Positions 12,518 through 25,326 of a stretch of DNA of 64,000 nt are shown piece after piece. The first letter of the stretch is position 1. Every line of letters starts with the position of its first letter. The position numbers and the translations under genes are program-made. This DNA comes from Octopus bimaculoides. Taxonomy: Eukaryota. A model generated the notes under the pieces. The model had not been told where the DNA came from, did not search any database, and worked only from the letters and a program-made list of their open reading frames with translations. Location: contig NC_068987.1 in NCBI RefSeq assembly GCF_001194135.2, positions 93,976,171-94,040,170 on the forward strand, written 5' to 3'.

Positions 12518-12710
12518 TGGTTTCTAATTTTGGCCCAAGGCCAGCAATTCTAGGGGGGGGGGGGCAGTCGATTACCTCGACCCCAGTACTCAGCTTTTAT
12601 TGAGCCAGGAAGTATGCAAGGCAAAGTCGACCTCGGTTGAATTTGAACTCCGAACGAAAAGACGGACGAAATGCCGCTAATCGTCCAAACGATTCTGCCA
12701 GCTCGCCGCA
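12518..12710 (-). mobile_element. tRNA-derived SINE, family B, near full length
   Basis: Reverse complement starts GCGGCGAGCTGGCAGAATCGTT, has GAGTTCAAATTC...CCGAGGTCGACTTTGCCTT and ends GGCCTTGGGCCAAAATTAGAAACC. Confidence 0.8.
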
Positions 12711-13271
12711 TTCACGTCTCTAGCAATATTTAAGACAAACTGAAATTATTGCTTGTGTAGAATGAAACAAAGAAAATACATTCGATAAGATTAACTTTCT
12801 TACATGACAGGACATTTCTGACTAGAAAAGTGAAACGGGAACTGAATGAAATTCAGCAACGTTTTAAGTGAATTCTGTGAGACGGAATTCTATTCTAAAA
12901 ATATTTAATGATTCACTCTTTATTTCTTGAATTATAATTATCATCGAATATATTTAGTTAGGACGTTCGTTCTTTGACCGTTTTCACTCGAGTAAATTTT
13001 TTTTTTTACTTCACTTCTCATTATCAGGTAACTGTTGCTGTTCAACATAAGAGTCTGGAAGCATAAACTATTTTATGAGGACTGGAGTTGATCACGTTCT
13101 TCATGGTGGCGGACATGTTGGAGGAGGAAGAGGGGAGTGAAGGAGGAGTGGATGGTGGAGCAGGCGATGGCGGTGGTGGAGCTTCTGGAATGTTTACTTC
13201 ATTAATTGGAAGAAGCAGTGAGTAAAGTCTTTTTTTTAAAGCATTCGCTGCAAATACTTATCTGATAGTAG

Positions 13272-13400
13272 ATGTATGTATGTATGTATGTATGTATGTA
13301 TGTATGTATGTATGTATGCCTGTATGCATGTATGTATGTATGTATGTATGTATGTATGCATGTATGTATGTATGTATATGTATGTATGTATGTATGAAAT
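13272..13400. repeat. (ATGT)n microsatellite
   Basis: Direct. Confidence 0.95.
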
Positions 13401-14760
13401 GTATGTATGAAATGTATATAAGTTTGCATGTTGTATGTATATATATTTTGTATTGCTTCTATGTATGAATGTATGACGTATGTATATATTGCAATGTATG
13501 TCTGTATTTATTGTTTGTTTGTGTGTATATATGTATATATATATGATAGATTTAATTACGTGTGTCAAAAAATGTCGTATTCGACACAAATTGTTGAGTT
13601 GATTCTATTTCTATAAAGCAATAACAAGTAATTACATTACATGGTTACTTCAAGTGGAATATCTCCGCCATGATATCAAAAGTTGAACTAACTCATCGTC
13701 TCAATGGAGAGATACACGATGACGCACAGAGCCAAATACACACACATCAACACACACACACACATGCATTCTTCTCTTTGTTTTCTCTCTCTTTTTCTAC
13801 ATACATACGTACATACAGTCACACATACACATGCACGCGCATACTTAGAACATAGATAGTGCTATCTATTTAAATCTGAGTAGAAGCCGAGCTTTGCTTA
13901 TAATATACACAACAATACTGATAAATATTCGTGAATTACTAAAGTGAATATATATCTGCCACAGAACCTCCCCCGACAACAAGTCGCTAATATCTGAGCG
14001 TTATCTAAGCTTAATAAGATTATGTATGTATAAAAACATGCAATGTAATTTCCACAGTCCATGAATCCACCAAAGCTTTCCACTAGAATGAAGGACAACT
14101 CAGATTTACAAGATATAAAGATACACAAACAGGCATCACAAATATACATTCCTATCGTCAGCTGCCAAGCAGATATCGTTATGGTTTCAATGCCTGGTCT
14201 GCACCATTTAGTGCGGTGGTGCCAACAGCGTTAGAAGCATAAACTCTGCGTGGGAATCAATAGTAATCAGCAAGATATCTGACAGGATAACTTTTTAGAC
14301 ATTTACTGAGTGTAGTCTGCCAGGATGCCAAAGCGAGTCGGAAATATATTGCTCTATCCTGGCTTTCTTCATTTTTAACTTTAGTCAATATTATTCAAAA
14401 CCAGAATATTTACACGAAATAAAAGCTAAGATATTTTAATTGTTTGTACATATTTTTATTAAGTCACGATGTTTACTTAACTTCTAATATCATATTTGCA
14501 GAATATATAGCTATGATATTGTACATGGATAGGAATAAGTTTTAAAACTGACAAATTTACAATTATTTTTAGAAGCTTTTAATTTCCATTTAACATTAAA
14601 GAAAAATCATTCAAACCAAATGCTAACATTCCCAGAACTACCACAAATTGAAAACAGACCAAAGCCTCTAAAACTTCATAATATTGTTCACCTAAAAACA
14701 CATACAAACGTTTATATTGTTGGTGAATGTGAAACAAGCCTTGAGTAAATCGAAATATTC

Positions 14761-14761
14761 A

Positions 14762-14800
<39 letters not shown>

Positions 14801-14802
14801 TC

Positions 14803-14836
<34 letters not shown>

Positions 14837-14890
14837 ATAATATCTATCTATCTATCTATCTATCTGTCTGTCTGTCTGTCTGTCTGTCTG
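14761..14890. repeat. (ATCT)n grading into (GTCT)n
   Basis: Direct; immediately upstream of a family A SINE half. Confidence 0.95.
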
Positions 14891-14940
14891 TTTATCTGTT
14901 TGCTTGTCTTACTCTCACTCCCTCTTGATATATGTATGAC

Positions 14941-15125
14941 TGTGTTTGTCCCCCCCACCATCACTTGAAAATCTATGTTGGTGTGTTTATGTCCCCGTAA
15001 CTTAGCGGTTCGGAAAAAGTGACCGATAGAATAAGTACTAGGCTTACAAAGAATAAATCCTAGAGTCAATTTGTTCGACTAAAGGCGAGATCTCCAGCAT
15101 GGCCACAGTCAAAGACTGAAACAAA
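14941..15125 (+). mobile_element. SINE family A, 3' half
   Basis: TGTGTTTGTCCCCCCCACCATC...CCCCGTAACTTAGCGGTTCGG...AAGTACTAGGCTTACAAAGAATA...CTCCAGCATGGCCACAGTC, the reverse complement of the copies at 43009 and 45515. Confidence 0.85.
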
Positions 15126-15173
15126 AAATATATATAATATATATATACACTAGATACATAGATATTTATGCGC

Positions 15174-15206
<33 letters not shown>

Positions 15207-16819
15207 NNNNNNNNNNNNNNNNNNNNNNNNNNNNNNNNNNNNNNNNNNNNNNNNNNNNNNNNNNNNNNNNNNNNNNNNNNNNNNNNNNNNNNNNNNNNNN
15301 NNNNNNNNNNNNNNNNNNNNNNNNNNNNNNNNNNNNNNNNNNNNNNNNNNNNNNNNNNNNNNNNNNNNNNNNNNNNNNNNNNNNNNNNNNNNNNNNNNNN
15401 NNNNNNNNNNNNNNNNNNNTATATATATATATATATATATATGCACATACACACACATACATCCAATGCAAGCATATGCAGTACATACATATCTGTATGT
15501 GTAATATAATAAATATTTATATCATACATACAGTTTGAAATATTATATGACCTCCTCTATATCAGGTATCTTATTTTCCTACCGCCATGCAAATTAATTT
15601 ACTGACGACTACGTCAACTAATTACTTATTAATCACCTAATTATCTCAGTCAATTAACTCTCTACTAATATACATATTATAATACTACCTGACGATAAAT
15701 ACACCTCTCAGTTTACATCGCTGTTTCCTTCAATTTCTGAATTGTCTTTCTCGCCAATTTCCACCATGTTTTAAATATCCAGAGACTAAATCAACGCAAC
15801 AAGTTGCTCCGATTTCTGTCCATCATTTTAGAGATAGAACAGATCGCTTCCAACCGGAAATGCAATCAATACTTTCAATTCCAAACTACTAAATACTTAC
15901 CAAACACCGATCTTTACCCCAACCTTTCTCCTTAGTAGCCGCCACTACTAGAATATATGGCTCAAAACTTCTTTCTAGTCAAACCTGCCAAAGATAAAAT
16001 TTTTTCGTGATCTTCCGTCATGCTAGATATAGCAGCCTAATTTCATTCAACTCACTCCTTGAAGTCTTAAAAAAGGAAACTGCACAATATAAACTGCAGC
16101 AACAGCAATAGTTATACTGTGTAATACAATATATGATAGTAAATCCTGGGGTACCCTCGACGATAAGGCAGTTCGATGAGGGCTGAACGGCAATTAAGGA
16201 GGACGCTATATATATGATTGGTAAGATATACCGTGTCAATGATTTCATTCTTGTTGAACTACCATTGAACTTTAACGAGATATGAATTCTCTATTTCTCC
16301 CAGTATCAATATGTCGACGACATTTTCTTTCTCATTATGTGAACGTCATCCATTTAAACACATTGTGTTTAAACCCATATTGTGTTTAAACCCATATTGT
16401 GTTCATTCTCATTTTCAGTCTCTTCGCTAGTGATACCCTCAGTCTGTCCTGTAAAGAACAATTCCTCCTAATTTCTTTCGCTGCCCGTCAACTTAAAACC
16501 TTCAAATTGATGTCCTTGTCGGAGAATATCAACCATATTGATCTCCCTAGGCTCGAAAGACCTATGGCCGCCATGTGTATTGCCCCTTTTTTCATTCTGA
16601 AATATTTAGCGGCGAATCATAAGACGAGGTAAGTTGAGCTTAACCCTAGGTGCAGTAAGAGCCACTGACGAGAATTAAGACACTCTGCATCAAAATTCGA
16701 AATCACGCGATGTGGCTATATCTGCGACCATTGGGAGCATTGTCTCCCTTGTCGAGTTAATACACACACACACTCACACGCATACACATACACACATGCA
16801 CACATACCTACATTACACG

Positions 16820-17530
16820 CACGCATGAGAGAGAAAAAGGGAAAGACTGAGATGAGAAATGTTAGAAAGTGCAGGTGATTAGAATGAAAGTGAATTGGAA
16901 TGAAATAAACACGAAGAAATGAAGAAGAGAAAGAAAATAGAGACGAAGTTAAAAGAAATAGAAATATTTATAAGCAAAAAAGACATGGAGAACGGTGGGG
17001 CCTAAGGAATCTGAGGAAGAGAGGATAATGAAGGATTGAAAGAAGGAGTGAATCGGTGATGGTAATAGAAGAGAAGAAAATGAATGAAAGAGAATGAAAA
17101 TTGAAAGAAGGAGCGAAAACATGAGGGATAGAGCGAAAATAGGAAGAAATGAAATATAGCGTAAAAAGGAAAAAAATGAAATATAGTGAAAAAAAATGAA
17201 AGGAAAAGTTTGGAAGAAGGAAAGCTTTTAAGAAAGAAACAAGAAAGAAGATGAAGGAAAGAAAAACAAGATCACAAGTAGAATAAAGAAAGAAAGAATG
17301 AGATAGATTTTGAGAAAATGAAAGAAAGAGTAGAAGAATAAGAGAGTTTAGAAGAAAGAGTGAAATAGTGAAAGAAAAGAAGGAAAGTGAAATGAAAAAC
17401 GTGAAGGAAAGGACAAAACAATAAATGTAAATCAGAGAGAAAGACGGAAGAAATAATGAGTAAATAAATATATAAATAAAAGAAGGAAAAGAAGAAGGTG
17501 AAAGAAAAGAAGACAAAGCAGAGTAGTGAA
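16820..17530. repeat. About 700 bp purine-rich (A/G) low-complexity tract
   Basis: Direct; the minus-strand ORF is F/S/L-only low complexity. Confidence 0.9.
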
Positions 17531-17550
17531 GGTGGTGGGACATAAGAAAT

Positions 17551-17680
17551 TTGCAATGAATATTCATGAAGGTGCTAAGTGACTATTAGTGCTGTTTCTC
17601 TTTGCACATGAATATTCATTTGTTTCTTTAGTTAATCTAATTAAATATTCATGCCCGGCTGTCTGTAATTCGACAATTGC
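17551..17680. promoter_or_regulatory. Candidate enhancer-like motif cluster (POU-like palindromes, paired-homeodomain P3 site, Sox-like site)
   Basis: ATGAATATTCAT at 17556-17567 and 17608-17619, TAATCTAATTA at 17633-17643, AATATTCAT at 17644-17652, ACAAT at 17673-17677. Motif content only; no functional data. Confidence 0.3.
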
Positions 17681-18753
17681 ACGGTGCGATTTCAGCAGAG
17701 GAACAGAACAAACAAAACATTCGGAGGGGGTGGTGTGGGGAAGAAAGAAACAAAACGATGATGATGGTGCTGGTGGTGACAGAGGTGGTGCTGGAGATGA
17801 TATATCGATGATGATGATGATGATGAGAAGAAAAGAAGGAGGAGGAGGAGGAGGAGGCCTATAAATGCAATACAAAGACATGCAAAATGATGTGAGTTTA
17901 TATGTGTGTGTGTGCGTGTGCGTGCGTGCTTATCTGTATATGTATACACACACATATGTGTGTATATTTATATGAATGTATGTATGTATGTGTGTGTGTG
18001 TTTATATGAATGTATGTATGTATGTGTGTGTGTTTGTATGGATGTAAGTATGTATGTGTGTGTATGTGTGTGTATGCATGTACTTATCCCTTATTCGTCG
18101 TATATCGATGGAGCAGAATTCTTACTTCTCATCGATCTTGTGGTGGTGTGGTGAAGGAAACTCCACCGCCTCTCCACGCCTGAATACTTTCCAACACCCC
18201 ACCCACCCCTCATGTCGGTGTATGTGGCGATGAAGCGATTATCTTTGTCCCTGTACAGGTTGTCCATGAAGTTCCGGTCGATGTTGCTATTGTCGATGAA
18301 ACGCCGCGTTGTATGTCACATATCGGCCAGGTTTCCCAATACTTGTTTCTAAGGAATAGAGACGTTGCCCTACGATTTCGAAATGAGAGTTAGGTCATCT
18401 TCCTTTTCGCTCTTCCCTCGAGCAAGGAGGCACTCTCCTTTGTAACAAATAGCTTTCAAAGTTTATCCTTTGCATGGAGTTTAACCTTTATTGTTTCTTC
18501 TTTGCTTGCAATATTAGCCACGGATAGATTCTTCTTCTTACTAGAACTGGTTCTGCTTTTATTATTGCCATCTTTGTTTGTATTTTCATCATTTTTTTCT
18601 GTATTTCTAGAATTTTCATTGTCTGTGCTTATAATTATCTCTTGTCGTTTAATTGTCATTTTTATTTATATTCTGAATTTTCAAATATTTAAAAGGGCAT
18701 ATTCCCTGCTCTGACCTTTTTGTCTATCATTTCCTCCCGTAAACAAAGAATGA

Positions 18754-18795
18754 TTCGCAAATATATTCACAAATATATTCGCAAATATATTCGCA
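18754..18795. repeat. 12-bp tandem repeat TTCGCAAATATA x3.5
   Basis: Direct, with one substitution. Confidence 0.9.
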
Positions 18796-21094
18796 CCATA
18801 AAATGTCTAATGAGGAACCTTTTTATTCATCCTTGATAAGCGGATGAACGTTCAAATATTCTAAAGTCTTTTGTTGCTAAAATAAACTAAAATAAATAAA
18901 TAAACTACTAAATAACACCATATTTTGTTTTTCTTTTTAATGAAATAATCTTGGGAGAAAATATTTTCTAAGCTTTGATTTGTGAAAACGTGATCTTCCA
19001 CAACAAACAGCAACGATGACGCTGATGACAGGGAGAGCGCTGGTGGCGGTGGCGACGTCAACGAGGATGACGTAACAGTGAAGTATCTTCTGCTTCTTCC
19101 GCTGTCACCGCCATTTCTATAATAAACAATACTGACACCTCCATCCCTAATGAAATTGTATAATGAGTTATGCAATGATTATTTAGAAGAAAGCAATGAA
19201 CACAAGAAACACCACAAAACAACAATTCCTAGGTGGACTTAGAGAAATAAAGTTAAAATTTCGTTCGACCAATAACGACTATAACACCACGGGACGATCA
19301 AGGAACCACTATGTGATCACTGAATTTGCTTGTAATAGCAGCTACATCTCAGTCAAATGGTACCTTACTGTTTTCTACTCAAAACAATCCACCCAATATT
19401 CTGTGAGTAAGGGACATTAAATAAAAATATCTGAGCCAATAATTGTTCAGCCATGATTGAAAATCAGTAACGTGATCACCAAAATCGAATAATTAATAAT
19501 CATGACAATGATGGCGGTGAAGATGGTGATGTTGATATCGATGAGGTTAATGATGTTAACCAATGATAGCGATGATGATGACAATGACAAATATTATATC
19601 CACCCAAATTATCCCCTTATCGTACTACTTTCCACTCCAGATGACCAACTCATCAAACCAGCTCCGAACACAATGCTTCACCCACCGACCCAAACACATT
19701 CAACACAAGATATCTTCTGACCAGTGAATCGCCGCCGACAATCTTTTATCTTTGTAGTCCACAAGGAACACCATAGAAATATTTCAAAATTAAAAACAAA
19801 AACATAAACCAAAACCACCACCACCATCACCATCACCATCATCACCACTATCCATCACCACCACCATCATTACTACTACAAACATCAGCGCCACCACCTC
19901 AGCCAACCATCAAAATAAATCGAATCAACAAATGTGGTCTTTCTAGAAATAGCAGAAAGATTTTGGTCGAATCGTTTGTTATGTTATTTCCATCATATGG
20001 TTATTGAGACCAGGGATCTACATCAGAAAAAGTTCCATTCCAAAATAAAGACCTAAGGAACGGATTTTGAACTCAGTGTGCAAAGAACTGGCACACAAGA
20101 TGTTCTGTCTAATTCAGTCTAATGACTCTTACAATTCACAACATTACTGTCTCAAAAACAAGGAGGCACGTTCTGGATAATATCGTAGTGGATGATCACG
20201 GTTGGAAGGCTTTTGATAATGGGTCTGTTCACTCAAAGTTAAGCTGGGACTAAATAACATTAATACTATCACGACCATCACCACTAAAACTATCACCAGT
20301 ACAATCATCACCACATACACAACTACACCTTATAACGCCACAACGACGACGACGACCTCCACCCCACCACCACCACCACAACTATTAACTTCACCATCTC
20401 TGTCACTACAACCCCTACCGCCACTGTCACAATCAGTAAGGCCTCTACCATCCACACCACCCTCATGCCATTAGATGTCAACTAAGATGAACCAGTCACT
20501 TTATCTCGAGATAAGACAGTTATTTCTTTGGCAATTTGTGTCAAAATAAAATAGCAGGAGGTGGGACATTCTTTGTCCAAGTTATTCTGGTTGTTGTTGT
20601 TGTTGTTGTTGTGGTTGTTTACTTATAAGTATTGCTGTTGTTCTTGTTCTTATTGTTCTTTATTGATATTATTTCGTTTTCGAATTTCAAGAATTTTTTT
20701 TTTCTTATTCTGATAATCTTGCCGCTATTACATTCCTTGCCTGTGATGATGATGATGATGTTGAAGAAGAGGAGGAGGAGGAGGAGGAGGCTTGCGTTCA
20801 TGTGCTGCCGGAAGTTTGTGAATTTGTTCTATATTTATTCGATGAGCGTTTAATATAATTCTTTACTTGTCAAAGTTTGTCCATGTTTTTGGTTCTTTTC
20901 GTTGCTTCCGGTGTTTCGTTGGTTGCATCGGTGTCTATATGGTTCCTGTTTTTACGTGGATGACCAAATTGAGGTAGTAAATAAGAGAAGCATGAAGAAT
21001 GCTCATCCTGAAGTGGATTACTGTACTTTATACATACGCACACACACACACACACACACATACACCTCATGCACATATACTCATACACCTGCAC

Positions 21095-21270
21095 AAGAGG
21101 AATATAAAGGAAATCGGAATAGAGTGCCCAGTAGAACTGTTACAAAAAGGTTTGCCTCCTTGGCTCGGCCAGAATAATCAGGAAAGTATTAGATAGCTGA
21201 AAAGAACGGAGAGCATGGTACCGTAGGCTGCAGGTAGAAAGCTCCAACAAAACCCGTGATAAAGAGAAAA
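21095..21270 (+). mobile_element. R4/Dong-like non-LTR retrotransposon 3' end (old subfamily)
   Basis: Frameshifted KEIGIECPVELLQK/CLLGSARIIRKVLDS* (stop at 21198-21200) matches the clade C-terminus QK.ALLG.ARI.RK.L. Followed by a 3' UTR and an (ATG/AAT)n tail. Confidence 0.7.
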
Positions 21271-21281
21271 TGATGATGATC

Positions 21282-21324
<43 letters not shown>

Positions 21325-21340
21325 TAATAATAATAATAAT

Positions 21341-21647
21341 ACAAAGACCTGGAAATAGAGATAACTCGAATGTGGAATCTAAAAACAGAAACAATTCCTA
21401 TCATAGTAGGTGCCTTAGGTATAATAAAAAAAAATATTCAGACAAATACATAACAAAAACACCAGGACTTACAAATATATATAACATACAGAAAATTGCA
21501 TTACTGGGCACTGCACACATTCTACGCAAGACACTTTCAATACAGTAAACATAAGAGCACCACAGCAGACCACAGCACATACCCAAGGCGCACAGAGCTG
21601 CGCTCGGTAGTGAAGTGAAAGCACGTTATAAAAATAAAACTACTGAA
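21341..21647 (+). mobile_element. R4/Dong-like non-LTR retrotransposon, young subfamily, 5'-truncated
   Basis: KDLEIEITRMWNLKTETIPIIVGALGI/KYSDKYITKTPGLTNIYNIQKIALLGTAHILRKTLSIQ* plus 3' UTR; (AAT)n on both sides. Homologous to the copies at 52774 and 63471. Confidence 0.9.
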
Positions 21648-21666
21648 TAATAATAATAATAATAAT

Positions 21667-22340
21667 ACAGACAGTAAACAAAGCACAAATGATGAAGCGC
21701 GTAATAAAAGAAAAGGGCACGAATGAAATACAAAGAGAGCACGTCAGAGAAATTGAAGAGAAACTTGTGCATGGCCAGTTTTGGAGAGTCACTGATGCCG
21801 TACGTGAAACGAAATCCTGGGTTTGGTGAATAAAGTGGCAATTAAAAAAAAGTAAGAAAGTGCCTAATTATAACATGTCAAGATCAAGCGTTAAAAACAA
21901 AGAACTTGAGAAGAAAAACATGATTCTGAAGAAAGGGTTAAAAAGAGCGCGTCATTATAAGCGTGGTTATATCTTGAATGTAACGGCGAAATAAGAGCAG
22001 AAAATAGGAGAATCCTAGGATTTGGCTGGGGAAATACGACGGCTGTGGAGGGATCCTACAGAATTAATCCCAGTTGTTTATAGATGCCCTATGTACCGTC
22101 ACCAACCGATTGAACAGCTCCTTTATTCACAGTGGTGTAATTATGAAAGTGGCATCAATTCCGAAATCTGCTCTATTGGTGCCTTTGTAAGACATTGTAT
22201 TAGACATTGTAAGACATTGTATTGGACATTGTAAGAAATGTCTTCAGTGCCTCCGGAAACTTTTTGCGACCCAGTACCAAGAACATTGATTCCGAATGCA
22301 AAACATATGTGTACACCATTATGAATAATGACAATAAACC
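21667..22340 (+). mobile_element. R4/Dong-like non-LTR retrotransposon, old decayed copy
   Basis: KLVHGQFWRVTDAVRETKSWVW, QDQALKT, NVTAK*EQKIGES*DLAGEIRRLWRDPTELIPVV and ALCTVTNRL...IPKSALL occur in the clade's order, with an internal deletion. Confidence 0.65.
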
Positions 22341-22811
22341 ATAGATAATGTTATCATCAAACTTTCCCATTGAATGCATCGTTTATGTAATTTTTCCATT
22401 GAGAAATGTAGATTATTTCATTAACTCTTCAAGCTATACGATATACGATTTAATTCGTCTTTAACGCGTGCCTTACGTTTTGTTCAAAGAACAATTACTT
22501 GCTTTAATGGTATTAAAAAAATAAAAAAACAGGTAACATTCATTTTGTGGTGTTATTGATACTGTCAATAATGGTATTAAGCTAATTTGTATTTTTCACT
22601 TCAACCTTTGAACATTTAAGAGCCGAAAGATTTCATTGAGTAATCATATATCATCTAAATGTAAAATAATGTTTAATTACCATCACAATGAGTCATTAAA
22701 TTAGGTGACAATGTATTTACATACATATGTATGACAGTGTGAGTGTGTGTTTGTTTGTACGCCTTTGTACTTATAGATTTGATGTATATGTAATACTTTA
22801 ATTCTTTAACT

Positions 22812-22855
22812 AGTTTCAGCTCGAAAGCAGCGGCCATGCTGGGGCACCACCTTTT
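22812..22855 (-). mobile_element. SINE family A, 3' terminal fragment
   Basis: GTTTCAGCTCGAAAGCAGCGGCCATGCTGGGGCACCACCTT; a + strand counterpart lies at about 28199-28240. Confidence 0.6.
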
Positions 22856-23369
22856 GCTTCGATACACCTTAGCTATTTGAAACCTCCTCTAATATGTGGC
22901 GATTTCGTGGATAACGGAGTTGATGTTGCAGCCCTCATCTGCGATACCTACCATGAGGTAAGCTCACCCAGTGCTCTTGACAGGAAAAGATCCAGTTTTG
23001 TTTTTATACCATGTAGATCTCTCAGACTTTTCGGGAACATACTGAAGAATTTGGGTGGGGGTGGGGCCTTGAAACTCAAGCTATTGCAGTACCCAGTCCT
23101 GTATCTTGATGGCAACCTTTGGGTGTTTCAGGTATGAAATGCAGAGGACCTATAATTAAGTGTCTGAATAATACTTTATAGCTCAGGTGTTATTCAGGTG
23201 TTATTCAGGCAGTCAGAAATAGCTGTAGGCTAATAGAGTTCACAAGATAATCACTTACCCCTTTGTCATCTTTCTTTCTTATTATCGCTCAATACTTGGT
23301 TAACACTTCGTTCTGAAGTATTAGTCGCATATTGAGCTCTCCACCAGAATAATTGTCTCGCAATATACA

Positions 23370-23371
23370 TA

Positions 23372-23427
<56 letters not shown>

Positions 23428-23519
23428 TATATACATATATGTACATATATATATATATACATGTATATATGTGTGTGTGTATGTATGTATGCATGTATGT
23501 ATGTATGTATATATCTATC

Positions 23520-23587
<68 letters not shown>

Positions 23588-23690
23588 TGTGTCTGTGTGT
23601 GTGTGTACGCGTGTGTGCATGTATCTATGTTTGTATGTATGTATGTATGTATCTATCTATATATATATATGTATATATATAAATGCACGG
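23370..23690. repeat. Compound (TA)n/(TG)n/(TATG)n microsatellite
   Basis: Direct. Confidence 0.95.
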
Positions 23691-24265
23691 ATCCATATAA
23701 TTTCTGTATACGTCTATGCATATAAATACATACATGTATATCTATGTATATGTATTATACGAATTAGTAAAAGTGTTTTGGTATTTTTCATGAGACCAGT
23801 GCCACTCCACAAATCTGATGCTTAAATACTTCCCTTCTATGATGAGAGTCATCCATCGCCCCCGTTCATCATTTAACCTTTTCTGACCTTCATTAAACAT
23901 CTTCAACGTACATTTAACCTATTTATTATTCTATGTTTGTATCTTCAAGACATTTCTCGTTGTCTAGGAGAGTTTTGCATGCCTATTGCTGCATGCATGT
24001 TTGTATAGAATGTAAGCTGGGTATGCACATAACGTACACATTTTATAGGTAATGTCTATATATATATATATATATNNNNNNNNNNNNNNNNNNNNNNNNN
24101 NNNNNNNNNNNNNNNNNNNNNNNNNNNNNNNNNNNNNNNNNNNNNNNNNNNNNNNNNNNNNNNNNNNNNNNNNNNNNNNNNNNNNNNNNNNNNNNNNNNN
24201 NNNNNNNNNNNNNNNNNNNNNNNNNNNNNNNNNNNNNNNNNNNNNNNNNNNNNNNNNNNNNNNNN

Positions 24266-24318
<53 letters not shown>

Positions 24319-24657
24319 CGTATATGTATATGCGTGTAATATATGTGTGTATGTATGCCTGCATATGTACATTACTTTGCTGTGTATATATAACGAGGGG
24401 TAAGTTTGTGTTGGTGTGTGTTTGTATATAGGTGCGTATATATCTGTAAGCGTGTGTGTCTTTGGTCAGCATCATACTGGTTATTATTATTCTACCCATC
24501 CTTAATACTGGTCCAATCAGAATTCTTCTGCAATTAGCCAAATGTTTATATATAGCAACCCGATATATATAATATTAGGGATAAAAATTCAAATTTACAG
24601 GTAAAAACTCAAATTAACTTTGGCTCTTTTCTCTAAATTATATATATATATACATAC

Positions 24658-24693
<36 letters not shown>

Positions 24694-24766
24694 ATAGAAA
24701 AATATATACATATATACATACAAACAATATACATACATATTTAAACACACACACATATACATACAA

Positions 24767-25000
24767 ACGAGGGGGTACTGAAAAGTTCCTTGCTTTGGGA
24801 AAAAGAAAATGCAGGAAGATCAGTTAATTATGATTTTATTCAACATATTCCCTTCTCAGATTCACACACTTATTGCAGCGGTCCTTCAGCTTTTCTAAGC
24901 TCTTCAGGTTTTTCAACACTCTATGAAGAAAAGAACACAGAAGGATTTTGCCTCCAGCTTGGCCTTTCGCGATATCCTAAAAGCCTGGAGATTTTCGGCA
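24767..25000 (-). mobile_element. Mariner transposon 3' end with terminal inverted repeat
   Basis: ACGAGGGGGTACTGAAAAGTTCC resembles a mariner TIR; minus-strand translation ends ...EKLKDRCNKCVNL.GEYVE*, a typical mariner C-terminus. Confidence 0.75.
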
Positions 25001-25326
25001 ACCTCGCTTCCATATAACGACAGATGGATAGATATACAAAGTTATAGGTATGCTTATAAATATAAATGCTTCCATATACCCGCATCTTGACTCCCACAAA
25101 CACACTTACATATGAATTCAAGTGCAAAACCCCTTGCTCCCTTTCCTCTAAAACCATGACCTTACCCGTTGTCCTATTTTTACATCACATTCTTAAATAA
25201 TTCCTACATCTTACACAAACCTACTATTTTATTCATCTTGTTTGTGTTGCTGTTGTTGTGGCCCTTAATGTTTTTGGTGTTGTTTTGTTACTTAACACCA
25301 AACAGTGAATTTGAAAACAAAATGTA

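Noticed and set aside
13046-13262. Pro/Gly-rich frames (MVADMLEEEEG... on +, PEAPPPPSPAPP... on -) with a nearby CA|GTGAGT donor
   Set aside because: The composition is degenerate GGA/GGT repeat, upstream frames are closed, and no homology is recognised.
16030-16330. FNSLLEVL and QYVDDIF words suggesting a reverse transcriptase
   Set aside because: The spacing is inconsistent with RT subdomains and other motifs are absent; too weak to call.
16551-16628. Possible 78-bp symmetric exon ending at GAG|GTAAGT
   Set aside because: The peptide is unrecognisable and lies within apparently decayed repeat sequence; an isolated donor match is expected by chance.
22189-22235. Short repeats AGACATTGTA resembling a CRISPR or iteron array
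   Set aside because: These are 10-12 bp slippage duplications with no spacers, inside a retroelement relic in eukaryotic DNA.
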